A stretch of 63,787 bases of DNA, filler included, from Globobulimina sp. (Eukaryota): NCBI GenBank assembly GCA_003354225.1. It is 53 parts of 53 records of this genome, joined end to end, with 100 filler letters (N's around TTAATTAATTAA, not from the genome) between each part and the next. Parts side by side here need not be neighbours in the genome. Positions count along the whole stretch, not along the records: positions 49,428 to 50,532 come from PIVH01023405.1; positions 50,633 to 51,737 come from PIVH01023406.1; positions 51,838 to 52,942 come from PIVH01023407.1; positions 53,043 to 54,147 come from PIVH01023408.1; positions 54,248 to 55,352 come from PIVH01023409.1; positions 55,453 to 56,557 come from PIVH01023410.1; positions 56,658 to 57,762 come from PIVH01023411.1; positions 57,863 to 58,967 come from PIVH01023412.1; 45 more parts are not named here. One strand, written 5' to 3'. Below the pieces are notes generated by a model. The model saw only the letters and a program-made list of their open reading frames with translations. It did not search any database and had not been told where the DNA came from. The stretch's first letter is position 1. The number at the start of each line of letters is the position of its first letter. The position numbers were made by a program, and so were the translations under genes. Positions 49,428 through 61,368 of this stretch are shown in pieces.

Positions 49428-50532
49428 GGACGGCGACGTTGTGCCGTTGCGTGGGATACCCGACGTGTCGGCCGATAAAAATATAAGTTCACGTATTCGC
49501 AGTGGAAGGTTGAGATTCAACCGGCGGTCATCAAGAATGAGTGACACCGCGCGCCGCATGTTGGGCTTAATGAGTGTTATGATGGCTGGGAGAGCACAGG
49601 GAGTGACCACCGGAATCTATTCAAAGCAAATGAACAATGTCCAAACTGGCTTAGATGGAAATATATTGTTAGAGCCAGGTACGAATATTCCTGTTCGTAC
49701 TGTGGGGAGAGGCAGATTATCCAAACGTGGCTGTATTTGTCCGTGTAAATGCAGTGCGTTACCAACATATGGTATGATTTATAATTTCTGTTTCTTTATT
49801 TAAAACAATTATAACTAACACATTCTGATTGGGATCTATATATAGTTGCAAATGGCAGAGTTTTTGTGAAAAACAAAGAAGTGGTGAATGCTCCGGCGTA
49901 TTTACGGGATTTTTTGATCCAACAACGTTCGTTTATGGACTGCATATCAAATTGCGATGTGGTGAAACAATGGACAGTGCCTGAAAACCTATTAAGTGCA
50001 ATATTTGGTTATATTACTATTTCACCGACAGAGTATACATGGAAATTGAAGTTAAAACGGGAGAAACTTGAGAAGAAATACAGTGAATCCAACGGTGAGA
50101 TGGCAATGCCAGAGACAGATAAGGAATTATTTGAAATGATATCGAGCGACGAGGAAATGGATAACGACCAACCATGGAAATCGCCAGAATTATTACAGGC
50201 GGAGTTGTGTATTTGTTTGTGTTTATGCTCAGGTTCTCCGTTGATAGTCGCACCAACTTTTCCTGTGATGAAATATGCCGTTTGTTACAAGAAGAAAGCA
50301 GCCAAAATATACTTCGATGAGCCATTAAGTAATGGCAATGCCGCGGTCATTGGTTATCAAATCACCTCAATGCCTGGCAACATAATCAAAACTGGGCGAA
50401 AATCGCCCATTAAAATAAAAGGACTGAATGTTGGCCAGAAAGTAATTGTCTTTGGCTACCCCTCCTACGCCACGCAGGTGGCGGTACCAGGCAGCAAAAT
50501 TATTCCTCTGCCTGATAATATTGATTTGGATG
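49428..50532 (+). CDS. Mosaic ORF: spliced eukaryotic part, FN3-like segment, terminal MDR/quinone-oxidoreductase-like fragment
   Basis: Intron ~49772-49845; FDEPLSNGNAAVIGYQIT (FN3); VGQKVIVFGYPSYATQVAVPGSKIIPLPDNIDLD (MDR-like). Confidence 0.45.
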
Positions 50533-50635
50533 NNNNNNNNNNNNNNNNNNNNNNNNNNNNNNNNNNNNNNNNNNNNTTAATTAATTAANNNNNNNNNNNN
50601 NNNNNNNNNNNNNNNNNNNNNNNNNNNNNNNNATT

Positions 50636-51501
50636 GGATGGTCCTCAATGCATGGACACAAATATGCAATTCGAGACCATGCGAAAACAATGGGTTTCGA
50701 CATTGACGTATCGGCAAAGGGAATGCCCAAACTTTATGATGATATAACTGGGGAAAGAAGGAAGCGGCCATCGGGCCCGGTTCAAAACCTGTGGACAGAG
50801 ATATGATCAAAAGATTTTATGAGATAAACAGGAAAGACCCAAAGATGCAGCAAAGGGACATCTTAATATGGAAAGCCATCCTTGCATTGGGACACGACGC
50901 AATAAAAAGGGGATCGGAAATCACCTATGATGGCATATTGGAGCAGGGAATCGAATTAAAAAAATTCGAATTCGAGTTCCCATTCGATCAAAATGCATTG
51001 GATAACAAACAATGGATCAGCAGTAAGTACTGCAAATATAATAGAAACAAAGGGAAAACCTACCAATTTGGTGGCAAACTGACTGCCATATTGATATGCA
51101 ACTGCTTCAGTGACGTCTGTGCACTGCACGCACTGATAAAACTAATAAAATTCAAGATCACGAATATGGATTCGGACTTGAACAACATATTCAAACTGGC
51201 AAACGGCAAATCGCTAAACAAATACGCACTTGCCGAGGGTTTCAGAAACTTGACCAAAAAAGGCGGCTTCAAAAAAGGCGAAGTAACGCCACACGGGACA
51301 AGAAAGGGCGGGGCGCAACAAGCCATCAGGGATGGAATACCGGCCCCCTACATAATGAAACAAGCAGACTGGAGGACGGAGAAATCGCTGAATAGATATA
51401 ACAGCAACGTACACGACCAGACTCGAGTCAAAGTACTGCTGAAAATAAACAAAAAAGCAAAGAAAAGACATAAGAAAGAAAAGAAAAGGAGAAGACACTA
51501 A
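50636..51501 (+). mobile_element. DIRS-type tyrosine recombinase with a frameshift near 50778
   Basis: KRGSEI, CALHAL, TPHGTRKGGA, ADWRTEKSLNRY (R-HxxR-W-Y); upstream coding continues in another frame. Confidence 0.85.
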
Positions 51502-52377
51502 AAAAGCATTGTAAACAATATTTAAAAATAAAAATCTAAGCAACGATTTGATAACAACATCAAGCAAGTCAGGCAGGCCTAGCAACGGATGGTATATTTA
51601 GATATCAGTGGTATTACCGTAAGTATCATAATCCATAATACATACCACTAATAACTGATATCCCCGCTAAGTTACAACCATACGTAACGATAGCCGATAG
51701 GCTATACAATTATATCCAAACATTACTCTCATATATANNNNNNNNNNNNNNNNNNNNNNNNNNNNNNNNNNNNNNNNNNNNTTAATTAATTAANNNNNNN
51801 NNNNNNNNNNNNNNNNNNNNNNNNNNNNNNNNNNNNNATTTTAAATGCTGCAATACATTGATGTGGTTTTGCAAACAAACAAAACCATTCAAGCAAGAGC
51901 AAGAATTCAACAAAAAAGCGCATCAAAAAATAGCAAATAAAAGATAAATAAAAAAAAAGCAATCGATATCCGCAAACTAGAAAGAACAGCAAATAAAAAC
52001 TAACTCTAAAGTAAAACACACAAAAAGCACTGACACTCGATTGTCTCATAACAATATCATTTTTTATTTTCAACATCTACAATAACAATATCATTTTTAT
52101 TAAAACCATCTTTATAATTATGGCTTATCTAAACATTTGTACATAATACAACAACACTTCCCTTCATATATAAAATTTTAATAATATCTATGTTCAATAG
52201 TCCTCAGATACGAAAACATGTTATCTGACACACAGAAACACAAACATATACATCGCATTTAATTATATCTTAAAGTGATGTACAAATTAAGTGCCATACA
52301 ACATATAATAAAACAATGAGGATATTGCTTATCACTGATATTTATAATGCGAATGGTCTATTATGTACAGGTTGTGA

Positions 52378-52942
52378 TTAATAATTGTATTGGTAATTTA
52401 AATGATTATAATCAGGGAAACAATTTGAATGATTGACATTTGATTCAAGTTCGTGTTGTCGATATACATTATCATGTAACTCATGTTGCTGTTGGTATTG
52501 ATGTTGATGTTGATATTGATATTGTTGTAATATGCGTTTATATTCAAATATTTCTGCTCGGAATTTTGCATTTTCCTCTTGTAACCTCTCTATTTTTATT
52601 TTATTACTCTCAGTTACAGTAATTGGCGAATGTCGTGATTGCTGTACATTAGTTGTTGGTCCTTTGGATGGTCCATAATACGTAATATTCTGATGATTAT
52701 TATTATGATTGTGATTATTATTATTATTATTATTTATCGGTGGCTGTACTGAAGGAATACTATGATATGAAACAGGAACAGGTGCTACATATGGAATAGA
52801 TGGTGGATATTCGTCATAATTATCAAAACTAAAATTATCATCAAAGCCATTAAAACCGTTAAAATCATCGAAATCATCAAATGATGTAAACGACATTAGC
52901 TCTGATAATGAATTGGAATTGGAATATGACGAAATACTCTCT
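52378..52942 (-). CDS. Low-complexity (D/F, N, Q/H-rich) protein, C-terminal part
   Basis: Open frame with a short coiled coil. Confidence 0.55.
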
Positions 52943-53124
52943 NNNNNNNNNNNNNNNNNNNNNNNNNNNNNNNNNNNNNNNNNNNNTTAATTAATTAANN
53001 NNNNNNNNNNNNNNNNNNNNNNNNNNNNNNNNNNNNNNNNNNTCTAACTGAGCAGAATCGACCAATGTAGAAAATAATTCTATGTTTAAAAAATTGCAAA
53101 GTACAAGTAGTAAGGTAAGGGCGA

Positions 53125-53480
53125 CGTGGGCCAGCCGGGGCCGGCCCCAGCCAAAATAGCGGGAAAATTCAAATTCAAATTATTTTCGTGATTACCTTAA
53201 CCGAGACAACATATATTAGGGGGATACCCCGACTGAGACAACATTTATTAGGGGGATACCCCCTATTTTGAAATAATTTCATAAAAGGGCCCCAGAGCTG
53301 GGGCCGACCGGCCCCGACTCAAAAATGGCGGGAAAATTTAAATTTATATATTTTCAGACTTGCCCCAGTGGGATCTTTCAATATTTCGTCATCGCCCCGA
53401 CTTTTTTTGATAATTTCCATAAAAGGGCCCCAGAGCTGGGGCCGACCGCCCCCGCACCAAAAATGGCGGGAAAATTATAT
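53125..53480. repeat. Three GC-rich degenerate direct repeats (GGGCCCCAGAGCTGGGGCCGACC...AAAATGGCGGGAAAATT)
   Basis: Copies near 53128, 53280 and 53418; non-coding, probably from a co-sampled organism. Confidence 0.75.
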
Positions 53481-54247
53481 TTTTTATATATTTAGATTCG
53501 TATTAACGAGTACTTTCTATATTTCGCTGTTTCATTGTGATTAGGGAAACTTTCTTCAAATTAATTAAATAAAAAATTTAATTTTTTGAATTATTCAATA
53601 TACATAACGATATATATACATTAAACGATGGGTAATAATGTCCCAAATTTTATGCGATTAAAATTATTTCGCGTTGCTGATTGAAAGAGACCAAAGTTGA
53701 CTGAAATTATTCAAAGTTTACATTATACAGTGAATTATAGTGTACTGTATGTATTCTGTATATTGCTTTTTATTACAGAGTCCATGTTTGTTCAAGCACA
53801 ATACAACGAAGTCCTCATTAACAGACATTATTATATGTATTAGACGCTCAGTTTTAATGAGACAGGAGCGTACGCAAAGGAGTTTTAAAATTTTAAAATT
53901 TAGTGAAGGCTAGATGATGAATCACACTATTTACTTAAATCCTGTTGTTGAGTGAGCTGTCAGATTTTGATTGATGGTTAACAGGTGTTTGTCTAGTGAC
54001 CTAGGTTCCAATTGTTTTTATTGTTGATGACTGTTGTGTTGTAATTTGATCTTCTGCTTGTGAGTTGCGATAATGGCCGAACCAGGTGAATACTGGAAGG
54101 ATCTGTCCTATGCCTACGTTAAATATCGTTTGAAACGGGAATGGGACNNNNNNNNNNNNNNNNNNNNNNNNNNNNNNNNNNNNNNNNNNNNTTAATTAAT
54201 TAANNNNNNNNNNNNNNNNNNNNNNNNNNNNNNNNNNNNNNNNNNNN

Positions 54248-54833
54248 GATTTGTAAGTATTAATAATAAACCATTAATATCTTCTATTTTAAACTTGAAT
54301 ATTGTTTTCATAATGATAGCTGCCTGGTCGGAATTAAAATGGTCTTTAAGAAAATTGTAGTTTTCTTCATTACCACTTAGCACCTGTGGGGGGGAATATG
54401 TGACAAATGTATTTATCAGTTCGGATATTTTTCCGACGCACGCGCCAATGCGAATATTACCGATTTCCAGCAGAACGCCTTTATTAATGGCTTCTGTTGA
54501 AGTAGGTTGGGATTTGTCCGGCGTGTGATTTTTAAACAGTGTCATCAAATCTGTTCCGGTTTCTGAGGGAAAAACCAGTAAACCGGACCCGTTAAAATCT
54601 CCCCAGAATTTCTGGTCTACAATGCTTGCTTTGGAGCCTATTTCAATTGCGTTTTGAAGGTAATCAGGTAATTCGCCAATACTTAGGATGTCAATTTCAG
54701 GAACACTCAACTGAACATAAATATCGACAACTTCTGCGAGATCTGCAGTGGCGTTACCAAAGGCGATATTCATAATCTCCTGTAATATCTCTTTTTCTTC
54801 CTCTAAAAACAAATTGCTATTATCGGAATTCAT
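54248..54833 (-). CDS. cheC: Chemotaxis phosphatase CheC-like, partial (bacterial)
   Basis: Two E-x-x-N motifs (LQEIMNIAFG, LLEIGNI); Shine-Dalgarno CAGGAG upstream. Confidence 0.85.
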
Positions 54834-54849
54834 TATTTATCTCCTGAAG

Positions 54850-55227
54850 CTATTTTGAAATTTTATTTTCAATTTTCTCTAACGTTTCCAGAATGGTGGC
54901 AGCCTTTGCAGGTTTTTTAATCAATGTAAATGCACCTAATTCCATAACGGTGGAAATTGATTTTGGCTGAACATCAGCTGTAGTGACAACGATTACGGCA
55001 TTTTTATCAAATTTCCTAATTTCTTCAGTAGCCTTATAACCATCGAGGACAGGCATTGTGAGGTCCATAAAAACCATATCAGGCTTTAATTCCTGATATT
55101 TTTCAATACCCTCCTGACCGTTTCCAGCCTCAAAAATTTCGTATCCTTTGTCTTTTGGAATACAGGTTTTTAACATCTTACGTGCCACAGGAGAATCATC
55201 TACGATCAAAATCCTATTTATTGCCAT
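54850..55227 (-). CDS. cheY: Single-domain response regulator, CheY-like (bacterial)
   Basis: ILIVDDS, FMDLTMP, TAD, IKKP; Shine-Dalgarno AAGGTGA; 16 bp upstream of cheC. Confidence 0.85.
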   Translation of the reverse strand: MAINRILIVDDSPVARKMLKTCIPKDKGYEIFEAGNGQEGIEKYQELKPDMVFMDLTMPVLDGYKATEEIRKFDKNAVIVVTTADVQPKSISTVMELGAFTLIKKPAKAATILETLEKIENKISK

Positions 55228-55543
55228 GTTTCACCTTTAAATGAATATTAAAATAATTTGTTCTATAAATGAAAATGATATATTGAATCAAAGATTTATT
55301 AGCAGTTGAAGGCACTGAAATGAAGTCAGTTTTGTTTTACAATTTTTTTAATNNNNNNNNNNNNNNNNNNNNNNNNNNNNNNNNNNNNNNNNNNNNTTAA
55401 TTAATTAANNNNNNNNNNNNNNNNNNNNNNNNNNNNNNNNNNNNNNNNNNNNATACGGATGAAAAAAAAAACGATAAAAAAATGGAATACGTTTGTTCTC
55501 AAATCAAGGTTGTATGTCATGTAATCAATACGTATGAAACTCT

Positions 55544-56557
55544 TTATATTTTATTCGATCTTTTATTTGTTCCCCGTCTTTTTGATCTCTTTCTTGGTGG
55601 CTCCTTATCATTATTTTTATCCACAGTATCATTCTCATTATCTTTTCTCATCATATCCGCTCTTTTCCTCTTCCTTCCAATATTTTTGCTTTTCTTTGTT
55701 ACCGTTTTCTTTGTTTGTTTAGCTGCGGACACAACCACTGCACTGTTTACATCATCATCCGCATCAACACCAGATCCCGACGACGATATCCTTCTCGTTT
55801 TAGTATGAATAGTATCATTCCCTTCACCCACACTCAATGTTGATTTGTCAGTCAATGTTTGATTCAAATGTCTCCGTATTGTACTTATATCCAATCCCGA
55901 CACATCCATCTCGCCCACAATATCATTATCCGATGGATGGTCACTACCCTCTCCATCCATATCATCCCCATCATTCTTCCTCTTCTCCGCACCGCTTTGT
56001 TTGGTGCTGGTTGCATACGAATCAGATGCCGTGGCAGTGGCAGTGGTGGCTAACAGCGATTGATCCGCTGCTAACAAACTGTGTGCTGTTAACTCTTTTT
56101 TATGTTTATTGTGTTTCTCCATTCTATCGACCCTCCGCGGTGACACATTCCTATTCTTTCCTCTTCCATATCCATCTGACGATGTATTCCGATTACTATC
56201 GCGTAGTTTAAATATGCCCTTTGGCAAAACTACCCGTCCTGGAAAATCATGAAACGATTTCCCTTTGTACCTCTTCTTCAATCTGCGCATCGCAATGCGG
56301 ATCAAATAGCGATGTCCTTTGGATAACGGCTTAAACGAATCATACGACGCATCGATGCGACTCAATATCTTTATAATGAGTGGGAACTGATTGGCTGCAC
56401 TCCCTTTCAACAATGCATCAAAATAAAAATCAAAAATGCAGCCAAAATAATCGACACAACTCGTCGGCGTCGCATCCGATACCTTTTTCTTCTCCGCTTC
56501 AGTCTCATTCACATTCACTTCCTCGGTATCATTCTCATTATCATCTGCTTCTTGTTT
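55544..56557 (-). CDS. Nuclear protein, possibly PDS5-like C-terminus
   Basis: Helical region ending FPGRVVLPKGIF, then a long charged tail with NLS-like segments. Confidence 0.4.
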   Translation of the reverse strand, partial: KQEADDNENDTEEVNVNETEAEKKKVSDATPTSCVDYFGCIFDFYFDALLKGSAANQFPLIIKILSRIDASYDSFKPLSKGHRYLIRIAMRRLKKRYKGKSFHDFPGRVVLPKGIFKLRDSNRNTSSDGYGRGKNRNVSPRRVDRMEKHNKHKKELTAHSLLAADQSLLATTATATASDSYATSTKQSGAEKRKNDGDDMDGEGSDHPSDNDIVGEMDVSGLDISTIRRHLNQTLTDKSTLSVGEGNDTIHTKTRRISSSGSGVDADDDVNSAVVVSAAKQTKKTVTKKSKNIGRKRKRADMMRKDNENDTVDKNNDKEPPRKRSKRRGTNKRSNKI

Positions 56558-56657
56558 NNNNNNNNNNNNNNNNNNNNNNNNNNNNNNNNNNNNNNNNNNN
56601 NTTAATTAATTAANNNNNNNNNNNNNNNNNNNNNNNNNNNNNNNNNNNNNNNNNNNN

Positions 56658-56886
56658 CGACAGCAGGTACATACAATACAAATAAACAAATTAAACCTCC
56701 AAAAATGGCAAAGTAGAGTGGTAAGACAAAGCCAACAAATGAATCTATTTCAGTTAATAAAAAAAACGCATCCATCACCATAAAACCACCAACGATTATG
56801 TCAAAGGCATGGAAAATTTTGGTGTAGCAATGACATGTTTTGAAAAAAAATTGACAATCTGTTTCTTCGTCTTTATCTTCCTTCAT
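56658..56886 (-). CDS. COPI-associated/TVP15-like small membrane protein, partial
   Basis: Hydrophobic hairpin, LPLYFAIFGGLICLF. Confidence 0.45.
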
Positions 56887-57050
56887 TCTTTGATGGGTGA
56901 TGGTTTTTACTAAGAAATGTTTGTTAACAAAGTTTTTTCACAGTAAAAAGCATAATATATTTACGACCATAGAACTCAAGTAAACTGAAAAGATTTTGTG
57001 AGTATCTAAATAAATAAATATAATACCTTGCAGCAGGGTTAAACTGTCCA

Positions 57051-57659
57051 ATGCCACGGAAGAGGACACAAAGTGGAAGAGGAAGAAAAAAAAGTAATAA
57101 GCACAAAAGTAAAAAGAAAGTGAAAAAAGAAATTAAACAACAAACATATAAACGTATAATAAGATTATTAAAAATATATGGGAAATGGGCCAATGATAAT
57201 CAGCGAAAAAATATTTATTCATTGATTTGTAATTATTATAATGCATCGAATATAAATGCATTTTTGACTGATTATGATTATATTATTACAAATATTGATA
57301 AAGATAAAGAATATTTAAATCATTCCAATAAATGTAATCCACAAAAATGTTTGTTTTTTTCTCGGAATTATAGAAATAGAAACGAATTAAGTCAATATAA
57401 TAGAAAAAGAATAGCATTATATCATGGCATTAAAGATGAAAAACAAATTGTTATTATCCAATATTTAGATATTGTGCATAATATATTTTATCATTTAATT
57501 GATTCGGGTCTCAGATATCATGATAATAATAATAATACATTAAAAAAAAGAAAAGAAAATATACGAAATAATCGATGTAAAATTGTAGTAGATAATCATA
57601 AGAAATTTGTAATAATAATAATGATGATGACGATTAATATAAACAGTGATGAACACTGA
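57051..57659 (+). CDS. Hypothetical protein of an expanded host family, probably truncated
   Basis: FLTDYDYI, CNPQKCLFFSRNYR, YLDIVHNIFYHLIDSGLR; paralog of 6031-7136. Confidence 0.65.
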   Translation: MPRKRTQSGRGRKKSNKHKSKKKVKKEIKQQTYKRIIRLLKIYGKWANDNQRKNIYSLICNYYNASNINAFLTDYDYIITNIDKDKEYLNHSNKCNPQKCLFFSRNYRNRNELSQYNRKRIALYHGIKDEKQIVIIQYLDIVHNIFYHLIDSGLRYHDNNNNTLKKRKENIRNNRCKIVVDNHKKFVIIIMMMTININSDEH

Positions 57660-57991
57660 ATCCTTCGAACCAGCTCGGTGAATCTTAAGGTTTTTCGAAT
57701 CCTCGAATCTGAATCCTTGAATCCTTGAATACTGTGAATCAGCTCGAAAACCTGAATGCTCANNNNNNNNNNNNNNNNNNNNNNNNNNNNNNNNNNNNNN
57801 NNNNNNTTAATTAATTAANNNNNNNNNNNNNNNNNNNNNNNNNNNNNNNNNNNNNNNNNNNNCATTCTATTCGAGTCAAACAGAAACTAACCATTCTGTT
57901 TCTTTTTATCTTAATGTTATAGAATGTATATCTTTCTCATCAATGAGAATGAGCACATTCCATGCTTTGTAAATAGAAAAACTACACTGGG

Positions 57992-58095
57992 CGACCTGGT
58001 CGCTGAGAAAAAAATTTAGACTGCTTATATCAAGGCTCGGCGACCAAAAACTGGCAAAAAGTCGCGGAGAAAAACAAGGCTCAGCGACCAGGTCG
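57992..58095. mobile_element. ~104-bp MITE-like element with perfect 16-bp terminal inverted repeats
   Basis: CGACCTGGTCGCTGAG (57992-58007) / CTCAGCGACCAGGTCG (58080-58095), plus an internal GCGAC...GTCGC copy. Confidence 0.5.
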
Positions 58096-58183
58096 ACGGG
58101 GAAAAAAATTTGGACTAAAACTATGGCCACAACTACGTATACAGCAATTACAACATTTACAAAATGAAGAAAGAAAACTTCGA

Positions 58184-58967
58184 ATGCGCGACAAATCTGC
58201 AAATGTTTTATTAGCGAGAAACATGAAAAACAAATTATTTGATACAATGACTCGTGTTTTAAATGGTTTGCAACAACAATTAATTGAATACAATGCGAAA
58301 TTTGCGGAGCCAATCAACGAAATGAACCAAAGAATTATTCGCTTGCAGCAAATAGAAAATAAGAATGAAAATAATGCTTGGGATTGTAACGAGTGTTTAT
58401 TTGCGCCGATGATCCGAAATATTGATGATATTAAACAATACAATGAGAGCATGTGGAATAAAATGAATTTCTTTCGCAATTTAGCTGAGTCGCAAATAAA
58501 TTCATCCAGCAAACAATTACAAAAACAAATTTCTATTACCAATCAAATGAAAAATGAGTATATTTCAAAGCAACAACAAATATATTATCAACAGCCACAA
58601 ATACAAACACAATCACAGCCGCCACCGCCATCAGTAACGGCTTCAAATTCACGCATAGCGAATGTAGCAAATATATTAACTGAGAAAAATAAAACAAAAA
58701 TGATCCGAAAGCCGGCATATAATTCTGGCATTGCTCAGAAAATGTATCGAATGGGGGTTTTATCCGCAACATTGCCCAAGAAATTGGAAGCATTACAACT
58801 CCACAGAAACGATGATAAAAAAAACAAAATGAAGATTGCTGATAAGTCACCGATTATTACACGTCGTTATTCCTTGGAAGAAACGAATTTTATTCGCAAA
58901 TTAATTGCAGATTATCCACGGAATGACGCAAAACTTTTATTTGGCAAATTTCGACAAATGGGTGAAT
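58184..58967 (+). CDS. Coiled-coil, Q-rich protein with possible C-terminal Myb/SANT-like helix, partial
   Basis: Open frame; RRYSLEETNFIRKLIADYP. Confidence 0.55.
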
Positions 58968-59067
58968 NNNNNNNNNNNNNNNNNNNNNNNNNNNNNNNNN
59001 NNNNNNNNNNNTTAATTAATTAANNNNNNNNNNNNNNNNNNNNNNNNNNNNNNNNNNNNNNNNNNNN

Positions 59068-59330
59068 GCGTGTTGCGTTTTCAGATGTTGCGTTTTCAGA
59101 TGAATTATATGTTAAAAGATTAAAAAAACAATAAAAAAACATCAAGCGTGTGGCGTGTGGCGTTTGGCGTGTTGCGTTTTCAGATGTATTATATGTTAAA
59201 AGATTAAAAAGATTAAAAAAACAGGGCGTGTTGCGTTTTCAGATGAATTATATGTTAAAAGATTAAAAAAAGAATAAAAAAACATAAAGAGTAGCGTTGG
59301 CGTGTGGTATGGCGTCTGGCGTGTGTTTAC
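59068..59330. repeat. Tandem degenerate repeat GCGTGTTGCGTTTTCAGATG-AATTATATGTTAAAAGATTAAAAAA (3 copies)
   Basis: Copies at about 59083, 59168 and 59226. Confidence 0.85.
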
Positions 59331-60272
59331 GGTAGCGGCGGTTCAGTTTAGCATTTGCCCCGTTTCTTCTTTCTTCAAAGTTTACTTTTTTTGTACTTAA
59401 AAAATTAATAAAACCAAACGCAGCGTCGACTTGGCTCGACGCAACGGGGCGCGGGATTTAAAACAGCGCACAGAGGATACGGTAAAAAATCAAAAACATG
59501 AAATTTTAGAGTTTCAGAACCAACACTTTCTCAATAAGTACACCCAAAATAGTAGTTACTGTCTGACGATGTATTTTATATTGTTTATATGTCAACAGTT
59601 CAAAAGAGCTGATTGGATATTCGAAAACAAAAGGTGGGCGCTCATTTAAACCGGCACTGGTGATGCGCGACCCGTTGCGCATCGTTGTGTCTTTTCGTCG
59701 CTACCCAACTTGATTCAGAGTCGTGCGAGCGTGCCGGAAAACAATTAAATAGTTTGTCTGACGAACAAATTAGCTAATTAGCTAACGAAGCAGCCGTCGA
59801 AACTCGCGGAAAATGCGCCTAAGACCTTGTCCAGGAGCTCGCGGTCGTTTAGACACCAAAATCCGCTCGAACGGCCAAGAAACCGAGGCAGGATTAGTCT
59901 CAGGGTGTTGATGTTAGCCTAAGGTATGCGGTGTTGTAAGTCAAAATTTTTACAAAAATATTCACCGTTCGGTCAGTTTTACAGTCATTCTGTGCCGATG
60001 ACACTGTTTGGGTAAGTATATTCCAAGAAAAATTTGAATTAAATTCGAAGAAAATGATTGTGTGGATAAAAATTAATTTAAGTTAATATTAATTTACTTC
60101 TTAATTTTAATTGTAATTTAATTTAGTTTTAATTTGATTAGATTGCGCAATATAGGTTTCAAAACAAATTTANNNNNNNNNNNNNNNNNNNNNNNNNNNN
60201 NNNNNNNNNNNNNNNNTTAATTAATTAANNNNNNNNNNNNNNNNNNNNNNNNNNNNNNNNNNNNNNNNNNNN

Positions 60273-60772
60273 ATAAAATATATAGCATAAACACATCGAT
60301 CATTTAACCGAATAGACATTAACAATTTTTTAAAAATTTTGAAATAACCTGTTGCGGAAAGTACTGCCCATTCTGGAGATAGGAATCTTAAAAACATAAT
60401 GGATGAAACAGAAGGTAAATGAGAGAAAAACTGAACACATCCTATCATGACCACTAATTTTGTTTCTTTTAATTGTTTTAAAGGAATATTAGTAATTTGT
60501 AATGGAAATATTAGTAATGCATAACAACTTAATATAATAAATACGACGGTGTATACAAAAATTAAATCTAAATAAGAAGCCCATGTAACTGATATGTTAA
60601 AAATAATCATTGATGGAATTGATATGAGAACAAAAAGTAATTTACCAATAAATATGAGTCTTGTTTTGGTCCAAAATGTTTGTAATTCCAATAATGTTGG
60701 ATCAAAGGGAGGTTTATTGCAGTAATTGCACAATTCACGGTTAACGGCTTGATAGTTACCAATATTCGTCAT
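60273..60772 (-). CDS. Multi-pass membrane protein, partial
   Basis: ATG-initiated ORF with 3-4 TM helices. Confidence 0.55.
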
Positions 60773-61006
60773 ATGATATGGGTGCTGAAGTTATCGACGT
60801 CAGAAGTATTGGTTGACTAAAAAAATATTTATTTAAGCAGTTTTTATGCAAAAAAAACAGCAAAATGTTATGATGGCTGATGCTTTGTCAGCATTGATTT
60901 CCTTTTAATTATTATTGTTATCCAAACTTAAATAAAAATGTGCTAATAACTTAATTTACACTCAAAATGAAAGCAAATTAATATCAATAATCAATTTAGT
61001 CTTAGT

Positions 61007-61368
61007 CTATATTGTCGCATCAATTTTTCTTTTCTTTATTGGTGGCTGATCAACCAATCCATTCTTATTCTTTTTTGCTTTGATATCCAACGAAGCTTCG
61101 CATGAATTCCGTTTATTTCTGCTCGATTTATGAGAAGACTTTGAAGAAACACATGCTCTCAAAATCGAATCCATTCTGTTTTTTATTTGAATTGGCCCCA
61201 AAGTCTGTAACAAAAAATTAAATTTAAAATATGGATGCTTCACCAATTTGGAATAGATTTCCTTCCAATTTCCATATCCAACCTCATATGTAATTAAAAA
61301 TAAATATCGGTCCATCTCTTTACTAAACCCGCTCTCAAAACACTTTGCATCCGGAATCTGCAGTTCCT
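61007..61368 (-). CDS. Last exon of an ISWI/SNF2-family remodeller (SLIDE domain)
   Basis: FSKEMDRYL...GYGNWKEI...HPYFKFNFLLQTL...IKNRMDSIL, then NLS PIKKRK. Confidence 0.7.
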
